Source: Paraspadella gotoi (taxonomy: Eukaryota > Animalia > Chaetognatha). From it: DNA of 64,000 nucleotides. How positions within the stretch are numbered: the stretch's first letter is position 1; each line of letters begins with the position of its first letter. Shown one piece after another: positions 53,170 to 64,000 of this stretch. Where the stretch lies: positions 17,168,087-17,232,086 of the forward strand of contig CM119266.1 in assembly GCA_051294375.1 (NCBI GenBank). Direction: 5' to 3'. A program made the translations under genes and the position numbers. Below the pieces are notes generated by a model, which saw only the letters and a program-made list of their open reading frames with translations, did not search any database and was not told the DNA's origin.

Positions 53170-55055
53170 ATGAAAAGAAATGCTGTGGTTTTCGTCGTCG
53201 TTGTTTTTGTCGCACTTTGCCTCTTCTTCTTTCTTGTCGGTCGGGCGGACATGAGCGGGAAAACGAAGGGACAACCACGACAATTTATAACGACGATGAA
53301 GACGACGACGACGACAAAAACGACGACAACAAAACCACGTCAACCACCAATTGTCTCCCGTCGAAAGAGAGATTTTCGGTGATACAATTTTTTTCACAAT
53401 TCATTGAAACCTTAACAATGTCAATGAGCGTTGCTTCCCATTGAACAATTAGCATCGTCCATTTCCTATTTTTAACTAATCCGCATCACCCATTTCCTCT
53501 CTTCAACCAATAAGCAATGTCTTCCCACTACCGATCAGCATCGCCGATTTCCTTCTCTCCCAACAAATTAGGCATCATCCATTTCCCAATTCTAATCCCT
53601 CTCACAAATCAAATCACCCATTTTTTATCTCCAACTAATCAGCTATGCCGAGCTACTGCCGCCCTTTGGTCGCTGCGCTTCGGCTGCTCCACTGCGCCGT
53701 GGTTATTCCTCGGGTCATCTCCTCGGCGCTGGAGTCGGGAAACGAGGTTGACGGACACGAGTGCGTTTTTAGGATCAACGGCGCTCCAGTGAGGGTTTGA
53801 GTAAGTTATTTGCTCCTGTAAAAGGGTTCTGTTTTGGTGAAGATTTGCTCCAGTGGAGAAGTTGTTTAAGTTATTTGCTTCAGCGGAAATGTTTGGTTGA
53901 AATATCTGATCAAGTGGGTATTATTTGCTCCATTGGAGGCGTTTGAGTAAGCATATTTGATTCAGTAGTTCAGTAGTTCAATATTAATTTGGGTTTAAGC
54001 AAAAGCTTTGGTCCAGTCAAGTCATGATATTGTCAATAGTGGGAGTTTTCATGCAATCTTTTAGTCTTAAGCTTTTGATGCTCATGTCGAATTTGTTGTA
54101 TTTGAAATAAAACGCATATTAGTTCCTGTCAAATTATTGATTTGCTGGTTTCTGTCCCCAAGGCGGTTTACGGCCTCCTCAGCTTCCGCAGGGTCGGTAC
54201 CATTGGAGATCGATCCCGGTACCTAATTGTCATGAGTTGATCTGGTTACAACAGAAGTTGTCATGCTTATAGACGGGGTGAACTTAAAGCAATGCCCTAC
54301 TATATTTAACCCCATGATTAACGACTTCCTTACACTCATACTCACTCAATCTAACGATCCCAACCAACTTATCCCAACACAGAAGACGTGGTCGACGCAC
54401 AGACTTTTCACGTCATGACCCATTCATCGTGAATCTCCTTCCTCTCTCCATCGACTCAATTCCTTCCTTCGCCGAGAGCGATTCTCATTGGGTCGTTGAT
54501 CATCTGGAGAGGACGAGGATTAAGACTTTCCAAGGGCTCGTCCACATGTGCCGTCGACTAGAGAGGTACTTTAAAATTCGCCCAATTTCTATTTCTTGTC
54601 ACTTAACTTACGCTCTTTTAGGAAAACATGGCCGAGAGTTTTATGTAAAATTTGATTGATTCATTGATTATCGAATTTTATATTTAATTATAATTAAATT
54701 TATAAATCGATAATTTGATGGATTAATCGGTTGACTGGAAAGATTAATAGGTCAAATGATTTATTTGACGATTCATCGATTCAGCATACCATTTATGAAT
54801 AAATTTATAAATAAAATTAAATTCTTAAGTTAACTATGAAACATTGATGATGATGCCCGTTTTCCAATCAGGACTGCTTGTTTCGGCAGCGACGATCTTC
54901 GCGCACAAACAATGCAGAGACGAATTTTTTCAGAAACAATTTGGATCCCGAGACGAAAGTTGGCTCTCGACTGGATGGACGGCCATTGCAGTCGCTAAAA
55001 TCGGATGCGTCAGTTGTCACAACGCCTATTGGCAAACAGACCTGCCTACTGTCTG

Positions 55056-55090
<35 letters not shown>

Positions 55091-55311
55091 CGTCTCTCTC
55101 TTCTCTCTCTTCAGTAAATTCAATGAAAAAAAAATATTGCAATCCTGTATTGTTTTGCTTAAATTTATTAACTTCGACTTATGTTTTACAAATCAAGCTA
55201 ATGTTTTAATTTTTTCCTTTTCATAACTAATAAGTTACTAAAGTATTTATAAAGAGATTCCTTGGGGGTTTTTGCTCAGTTTCACTAAAGTGTATTAATT
55301 CTGATCTCTCT

Positions 55312-55351
<40 letters not shown>

Positions 55352-55372
55352 CTCTTTTCTCTCTCTCTCTCT

Positions 55373-55423
<51 letters not shown>

Positions 55424-55661
55424 GCACAACCATTTACGGCCTGATACGGACAAGCACTGTCAACTTCATGAGCACAAACACGTTCCTTATCACTACTACG
55501 GATCGTGAATATCTCCGAGTGTCAGTATCATAAGATGATGGACAGCCTGTCCCATGCAGGTCACAGATTCCGCGTGAACGCAAGGTGATTGGTCGTTGGC
55601 GAAGATTCACAACTTCACATTTCGCGCGCCGAGTTGGGAAGAAGGGGTAGTAAACTGTTAA
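53170..55661 (+). CDS. ST6GALNAC: GT29 sialyltransferase, ST6GalNAc III/IV/V/VI-like (alpha-2,6 to GalNAc), 5 exons, with several indels
   Basis: Exon 1 (53170-53378) gives a type II anchor MKRNAVVFVVVVFVALCLFFFLVG and a Thr-rich stem. Exon 2 (53643-53800) gives sialylmotif L CAVV.SSGHLLGAGVGNEVDGHECVFRINGAPV.GF. Exon 3 (54383-54565) gives DVGRRT..HVMTHSS. Exon 4 (54872 to about 55013) gives sialylmotif S WLSTGWTAIAVAKIGC. Exon 5 (55425-55661) gives IYGL, motif III VPYHYY, motif VS HRF..ERKV and the family C-terminus RW..HNFTFRAPSW. Confidence 0.9.
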
Positions 55662-56208
55662 AATTGTTCACTTTATTATTAATCTCAATCATGTTAAATA
55701 TAAAAGGAAAATCAAAATTCCGCTTCTTTTTATAAAATAAAACAAAGCTACTAACGATTANNNNNNNNNNNNNNNNNNNNNNNNNGTCAACCGAGGACGG
55801 AATAAGTAATTGAAAGAGTGAATGCGAAATTGAATCGAGAGTTAGAGGAAGAAAAACAAGGCGAAATGAAATATTTTTCGCTGTTATTAGATTTTGTGGG
55901 GTTGAAAAATTAAAAAAAGTCTTTTAGAAAAAAAGGTTTTTGGAACTTAAAAAACTGAGAGAGACAGAGAGTGATAGATATATAGAGAGTGATAGAGAGA
56001 AAGGCGGGTGGGATAGAGAGAGGGAGAGAGAGTGATAGATATATAGAGAGTGATAGAGAGTGAGGCGGAAAACAGAGAGAGATAGGAGGGTGGGATCGAG
56101 AGAGGGAGAGAGAGAGTGAGGAAAAAGAGACAGAGAGAGAGATTATATTGGCGCCATAAATACGAAAATAGTAGGAGCGTTGACCGGATTTATCGGAGGA
56201 TGTCATAT

Positions 56209-56362
<154 letters not shown>

Positions 56363-57239
56363 GAGACAGAGAGAGAGCAATGAATATTTGAGCAGAAAGT
56401 TAAGTAAGCTCCAGATCATCTTGAGCTCATCGCAAAATCTTTCTCATCGGCAGTTTTCTTGTAGATTAATGAATGACTCTGGGGGAAAATAAATCAGCTT
56501 GGTTGCACAGTTGCTTCGCAAAGCAAATTTAAAATCACCTTTGCTCCACAGTTGCTTTGTATGGCAAATTTAAATCACAAAAACTGAGGTTCAAATTAAG
56601 AATTTAGTTTGATAAGGTTAAAGAATAATCCCNNNNNNNNNNTATTAACTTGTTTTCTTAAGTTACGCAAATGGAGAGTTATTGAGTTATAGAGTTCATT
56701 GAGAGGAGAGATCAATATTCTTTACAAGGAAAGGCAACGACGCCAGAATGAGAGAGAGAGAGAGAGAAAAAGAGAGATGATGGAGGAAGAGGAGGAGGAG
56801 GAGTTAAATGATGTCGAATGAAGTGGTGAGACGAAATTGAGTGAGACGAAATTGAATTGAAGGTGAGAAAAAGTCTAGATTTCACAATTTAACAGTTTCT
56901 TTTTTCTCTCTCTCTCTTTTTAGTTTTCTTGAACACAAAGTAAATAAATAAAAATATTGGTTGATTTTTCTTGGTATTTTTTTCAGGCGGTTCCTTTTTT
57001 TTTCTTCTTTTCATTCGTGATAAAGGTTGATGATTATGATGATGATGATGATGATGATGAACGATGATGACGACGACGATTCCTAAAGTGTGATTGATGA
57101 TGACAGCTACGTCGACAAAGAAAGTGACTGATTCGCTTCGAATTTGTTGTTGTTGTTGTTGTTTGGTTTTGAAAAGGAAGACGAGGAAATGATAGCTGTA
57201 ACAAAGGGAAGGAGAGAAAGGAACGATATTTGACCGGAA

Positions 57240-57356
<117 letters not shown>

Positions 57357-57530
57357 AGATGTGGGAGATAAGGAAAAAAATCTTTACCTTCGCTGATAGC
57401 GAATATTAAATTTTTTTTTTTGGTTATTGTTTTTTAAACGACGAAAGTCGAAGATTAAATGACGACGAACGACGCACAACAGGACGATACGACGACCATG
57501 ACAACCAGTTTTGTTTCAATAATTTTAATT

Positions 57531-58720
57531 TTTAGTCGGATCTGCTCATCGCAGAATTTCTGACTCTATAAAATCAATAATTCACTTTGTCGGTCCGTCG
57601 GTCCCACCCCAAAATCTTGTCGTAAATCATTTATAAATGAAAAAACAAAAGTCACATTTACTTAAATTGGTTTTAACTTATATTTACTCATAATTAATAA
57701 TTATATTCAAAATTGGATAAATAAATTGTATTTTGACTTTCTTTTTGCTGGTAGTGATCCGGTAGTGATCCGGCTGGAAAAATGCCGAGTGCCACTCGAA
57801 TATCTCCTCTGACCTGATAGCCTGTCGAGGGCTCCACCTCTCCACACTCACTCTCTCTCTTCCTCTCTCAAACTAATGTAGAAATATTTGTTTATGATTT
57901 CATTTACTGATGAAGACTCGTAATAAGAGTCGAAACATGTCCATTATAATAAAAACTAAATTGATGTTACAATGGATTTTTCGTTATTACCTTTAGCTCT
58001 AAGATAAATAATTGAATGAAATTTGTGTGTGATTTGGGTGTGATTAAGTTGGATTTAATTTTAATAGAATCGTAGGAGTGGAAAGAGTTAGAAGTTAGAA
58101 GTTAGAAATAGAAACCAAAAGACACATTTATTTGAATTTTAAAAGTTTCTCTCATCTCTCTCTTCGATTGATTGATAGATTGATTGATTGTTAATTTGGT
58201 TAAATGATTGATTGATAAATTTGTTAATTTGATTGAAAATCTGTTATGATTTATAAATGTTATGATGTAGTTCTGATTAGTTAATAGTTATGTTTCTCTC
58301 TCTCTATTTATTATGAATTTTCTTGTCACATTCTCATTGTATCATTGATTAATGATGATCGATTAATAATTAATTGATTGATTGATTATCATCACTCAAT
58401 TATCGATTATTATCGTATCTACTATTATGGCATCATAAATGGTTACGATTGCATCGCTAAATCCTCAGGTGACATCGCTTTAATAAATTGGAATCAACAA
58501 TCAGGAATTGAAGATTGGGAAGTGATGATTGGGAATTTATTTATTTTAAAAATAATTTTTCTGGCAAGATCACTATACTAAAAAATTTGGATTTTATGTA
58601 ATGATTTTTTGTAATATGTAATGATCACAAATTAAAGGACTCATCGTGACTTATCATTTGGTTAGCTGCTTACCGCTAAATTATCGTAGGCAGATCCGAC
58701 ATTGTTTGCTCAAACTTGTT
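57531..58720 (+). mobile_element. Duplicate of the HINE-like element
   Basis: Same subterminal repeats and 3' hairpin inside the duplicated block. Confidence 0.65.
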
Positions 58721-60107
58721 AATATCGCTCTTTATATTCTTTCTCAAGATTAAATTATCGCCAACGAATTAAATATGAATTTTAGAAGATAAATGAAAAA
58801 ATGGAAAAAAAGAACAAAAAGACAAAAAAGCGCAGATGTCGTTGACTTTAAAATCCAAACTGCTTTGCTTATGTTGCTTGATCATTTTCCCCAAAAATAA
58901 ACAAAAGAACATTTAATTTTTGAGAAAAACATAAAAAAAAAACACAAAAAAACAAACGATGAAGACAAAAGAAGGACGTCAGTCGAAAAAATAAATAAAA
59001 AGTAATAAGTAATAAGTAATAAGTAAAAAGTCGGAAAACAAAAACAGAGAATATTGAAGACAAAAACAAAAATCCAAAACAAAAGCTTAAAAAACCACAA
59101 ACAAACAAAAAGACAGAAACAAGTAAATAAAATGTATTGATCAGCAAAAAATAATTCTAATTGAACAGGAGACAAATTATTAATCTTGATTTTCAAATTT
59201 GTTACGAAAAAACTTTTGTTAAAAAAATTTGGGAAATTTTCTTTTTTAAATTTTTTGTTTTGGTTTTTGTGAAACTATAACGTTTTGTTATAAAATATTC
59301 GTTTTAATTTTCTGGGATTTTTTTTCGGTATCTTTTGTTTTCTTTTTCGCTCGAGGCAAAAATCCAGTTCCGTTCTTCCAAAATGGCGACCATTTTTTTC
59401 TCATATTATTGACGTTTCATTTTCAAATTGAGTCTCTGATTTCCAGATGCGAATCAAACGTCATTTTTGAATTTATTTTTTTTTTGCTGCTTTAATGTTT
59501 TAATTATTTTAATTTTAATTTTTTCAAAAATGCTTTTCCGATATAATATATATATATATATAAAATGCATGAAGATTAATCTGAAGATAGTTAAAGACAA
59601 AGCTAAATATAAAATTTTTTCTCTATTTTTTCGGTTCTGGGTTTTTTTTTGGAGGAAGACTACTTAGCAACGAGGCAACGAAAAAGAGCGAGAGAGAGAG
59701 AGAAGAAAAACAGAGAGAGAAAGAGTCAAGTGCAAGAAAAAGTAAGGGAGAGTTTGAGAGAGAGAGAGAGATAGGAAAAAATGAGGATGAAGAGGAGAAT
59801 ACATAATGAACTTAAAAGCAAGAGAAAAATGAGAAGAAAGGAAAGGAGAGACTATTTGAAGGAAAGTCGGGAATGGAAGGGAGTAAATAGAAAATTTAAG
59901 GAAAAATGGAAGGGAGGCAAATGAAAAGTTAGGAAGAAAATGAAAATAATAAATTGATAAAAATACGTTTAAAATTGAGTTTATGTATTAAAGAAAAAAA
60001 AGTTGCAAGAGCCGAGAACTTAGGGAAAAAAGTGAAAGAAAAACGAAAGAGAAAACGATTTATGGCAACACAAACATGGAGCCGAGACAAAAATAGAGAG
60101 AGAGTGA

Positions 60108-60191
<84 letters not shown>

Positions 60192-60302
60192 AGAGAGAAC
60201 TGTGTGAATCAGAGCGACAAGTAAAAGAGAAAGTAAAGTAATAGATAAAAGAGGAAATTCTTTGGCTGATTCCCGAGAGGGATACCAAAGAGAGAGAGTG
60301 AG

Positions 60303-60382
<80 letters not shown>

Positions 60383-60850
60383 ACCCGAGACGGAATAAGT
60401 AATTGAAAGAGTGAATGCGAAATTGAATCGAGAGTTAGAGGAAGAAAAACAAAGGCGAAATGAAATATTTTTCGCTGTTATTCGATTTTGTGGGGTTGAA
60501 AAATTAAAAAGTCTTTTAGAAAAAAAAGGTTTTTGGAACTTAAAAAACTGAGAGAGACAGAGAGTGATAGATATATAGAGAGTGATAGAGAGAAAGGCGG
60601 GTGGGATAGAGAGAGGAGAGAGAGTGATAGATATATAGAGAGTGATAGAGAGGAGGGGAAACAGAGAGAGAGATGAGAGGGGGATATAGAGAGAGTGATA
60701 GAGAGTGAGGCGAAAAGAGAGAGATAGGAGGGTGGGATCGAGAGAGGGAGAGAGAGAGTGAGGAAAAAGAGACAGAGAGAGAGATTATATTGGCGCATAA
60801 ATACGGAAAATAGTAGGAGCGTTGACCGGATTTATCGGAGGATGTCATAT

Positions 60851-60932
<82 letters not shown>

Positions 60933-61298
60933 AAGAGAGAGACAGAGAGAACAGAGAGAGCAATGAATATTTGAGCAGAAAGTTAAGTAAGCTCCAGATC
61001 ATCTTGAGCTCATCGCAAAATCTTCTCATCGGCAGTTTTCTTGTAGATTAATGAATGACTCTGGGGGAAATAAATCAGCTTGGTTGCACAGTTGCTTCGC
61101 AAAGCAAATTTAAAATCACCTTTGCTCCACAGTTGCTTTGTATGGCAAATTTAATCACAAAAACTGAGGTTTCAAAATAATGTAAGACCCGTATCAATAT
61201 ACTTGTTTTCTTAAGTTACGCAAATGGAGAGTTATTGAGTTATAGAGTTCATTGAGAGGAGAGATCAATATTCTTACAAGGAAAGGCAACGACGCCAG

Positions 61299-61381
<83 letters not shown>

Positions 61382-63712
61382 NNNNNNNNNNNNNNNNNNN
61401 NNNNNNGAGAGAGAGAGAGAGAGAATCCTTTGTGCGGAAGAAATGAAAAAATATCGAGAAATTGGTGAAGAGGGGGATGCACACAAGGGGATGAAAATGT
61501 TTTTGTTACTTTTCTAGGCAGATCTCGTCCGTCGGTCCCCCCCCGGAAAATCTTGTCGGTAAGTTACATAAATCATATCAAAACATCGAATTATGATAAT
61601 GTATGGAAAAAAATGTTTGTCCATCCGTCTGTCCCTTAGCTTTGAACGCCAAAAACCCATGATCTGATTGGGCGATTTACTTGGAATTTTGTATGTGGGT
61701 AAAGAGGTGTGTTATTGAGCTGGAAACCAAGTTTTTTTGGAATCGTCGATCTAAAAATGAGTTGAATTGGAAATATTATTTTCAAAAAGAAATTACAATT
61801 AATCATAACTTATTATCTGATTAGATTACCGCCTAATGGTCGTGGGCAGATCCGGTATTTTTAGCTCAAACTCAAACTTTCAAGGTGATTAAAGGAAAAA
61901 TATTCAATAATTAATCGACAATTAAACCAAAACAATTTTTTAAACCTACAATTAATTCAACAGACGACTCATTAACTCACAAATGCCCACATCAACTCTT
62001 TATTGTCAATAGGATATATCCTTTACCAATATTTTTGTTTTCTCCTACTCTTCTTCCTTCCCAGTTCAACTCTTTCTCTTTCACTTTTGTTAGATTATTT
62101 TCCTTTTTTTTTCCGATAGCAATCAATCTTTTTTTCTTTTTTTTTGATCGCATCCGATGCAAACACTTGAGTGCAAATAATCACTGGCGTTCGCCTCCGA
62201 TGCAATCGCTCCTCTGGTAGCAAATTAGTTAACTGTGCGCATGGATTTCGGTTCCGTTATTTTGGGGGGCATAGAGTCATATCGAGTGCTCGCAGACCAA
62301 CTTTTGTATCGGTCTGTCTGTCAGTCGGTCTGTCTTTTCATCAGTCTGTCCCTTTCGGGTAATCCTGCATCTTTTTAGTTATTACTTTGCAGTTGGTAAA
62401 GAAGTTAGGTACGATGAGACGATTAATGTTCGCAGGTTTCATACTTTAGTAGTCACGTGATCATCTGAAAGGCGTTCTTATAAAGTTACATTTTTAAAAT
62501 AAAATAATTAATATAAATATTTTTTACATTTTGTACCTTTTTTAAATAGTATAAATGATATGTACATAAACATATATTATATTATATATTATATATAACA
62601 TATATACCTAAAAATAATGAAATGAAAATAAATAAATAAATAGGTACATTAAAATAAAATAAAATACAAAATGAAGATTAATGAAAATTAAAAACAATAA
62701 AAACAAAAATAAAAAGAAATGAAAATACTAGAAATAAGAATTGAAATACTATTTTAAAATTTAAAAATAAAAATAATTTTTACATGCTTTCAGCCAAACT
62801 GTGCTCTCAGATTTTGATTTAGATAACGGATAATATGAAGTGAAGAAATGATTTATTTTATCGAGTTTTTTAATTTTATTAGAATTTGAAATAAGAATCG
62901 ATTCTTGACTCGAGGGAAAACTTGGTCTAGCCTTTCTTTCCATTGGGAGGAAAGGAAAGGAATTGAAAGCAAAAGGGAGGAATGGGAAGAATAAAAAAGA
63001 AAGAAATGGGAAGGAAGGAAAAAAGAGGAATTGAAAAAGGAAAGGAAAGGGAAAATTAAAATTAAAAGGATTAGGAAGGGAGGAAGGAAAAGGAAAGGGA
63101 GGAAAGGAATATTAAAAAGGAAAGGAATGGGAAGGGAGGAAAAAAGAGGAATTGAAAAATGAGAGGAGAGGAAAAATTAAAATTGAAAGGATTATGAAGG
63201 GAGAAAGGAAAAGGAAAAGGAGGAAAGGAATATTAAAAAGGAAAGGAATGGGAAGGCAAAAAGAAGGGAAAAGGAAAATAAATGGAAAGAGACTAGACCG
63301 AAGCGAACATCTTGATGAAAACTAATGAAAGAATTTTTCGTGAAAGGAGCGGAAAAAAGCGGACAAAGAAGCGATCGCGACACCGAAATTGGAAATACCG
63401 AGCGGCGCGGACAAAATTGAATTCAATTTTCCAAATTCATTGAAAAAAAAATTTTCTCTTCTTTCCCGAAAGAAAATTTCAAAATTTAAAAAATATTTCA
63501 TTTTCCCAAGATATTTTTTTTTATTTGAATGATAAAACACAGCTGAGACTCAATAACCCGTCTAGTTAGTTGTTTATATTAATGTATTCGATGCTTAAAT
63601 AAAATATTGACGACAAAACAGAAAATTTTCGACGAGACGAAAGACGCGACGGATTTTTGGACGCGGTAGAGAGAGAGAGGAGAGAGATGAGAGAGAGAGA
63701 GAGAGAGAGAGA

Positions 63713-63768
<56 letters not shown>

Positions 63769-64000
63769 GGCGCGGAGAGGAAAGAGAGAAAAGTAATTGC
63801 GAGGAGTGATAGGAAAGAGTGATGGGGCAGAGTGACAGTGATTAGTGATAAGGAAGAGTAATAGAGCGAAGTGAAAGAGAGCAGTGATGAAGAATGATTA
63901 TGAATTTATGATGAGCCAAGACGGAGAGTGATCGGTTTTTCAAGATGACCTGCGTGAATCCAGCGTGAATCCATAATAATAATAATAACAATAATAATAA

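Noticed and set aside
53170-53751. Apparent neuropeptide precursor (signal peptide, RRKR-DFRYAELLPPF-GR, RR-GYSSGHLLGAGV-GKR, stop)
   Set aside because: The same bases give sialylmotif L once indels are allowed, and the downstream exons supply motifs S, III and VS. The amidation-like sites come from frameshifts or chance.

Overview
AT-rich, microsatellite-dense eukaryotic (probably invertebrate animal) scaffold with spliceosomal GT-AG introns. Most supplied ORFs are translations of (GA)n/(CT)n repeats, so the real genes were rebuilt by hand. (1) An apparently intronless gene of about 3.25 kb for a secreted protein with a Cys-rich N-terminus, two SRCR domains, a long unassigned region and a Cys-rich C-terminus (+). 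(2) Two phase-compatible exons of a rhodopsin-class GPCR, covering N-terminus, TM1 and ICL1 (-); gene 1 appears to lie antisense inside one of its introns. (3) A 5-exon, 220-aa secreted F5/8-type-C (discoidin)-like protein (+). (4) A 5-exon GT29 sialyltransferase of the ST6GalNAc III-VI type (+, 53170-55661). Much of the window is redundant. 9817-23227 recurs at +13,698 with the same frameshifts, 1-9812 is a cleaner version of part of that block, and 43852-51030 recurs from 56783. These repeats sit next to 25-N placeholder gaps, so they are most likely noisy long-read or haplotype assembly duplications. Also present are HINE/DINE-1-like and MITE-like elements, a foldback palindrome and several minisatellites, some built from copies of the intron's own splice junction. 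All alignments and translations were done by eye, and exon edges in the noisy copies are approximate.
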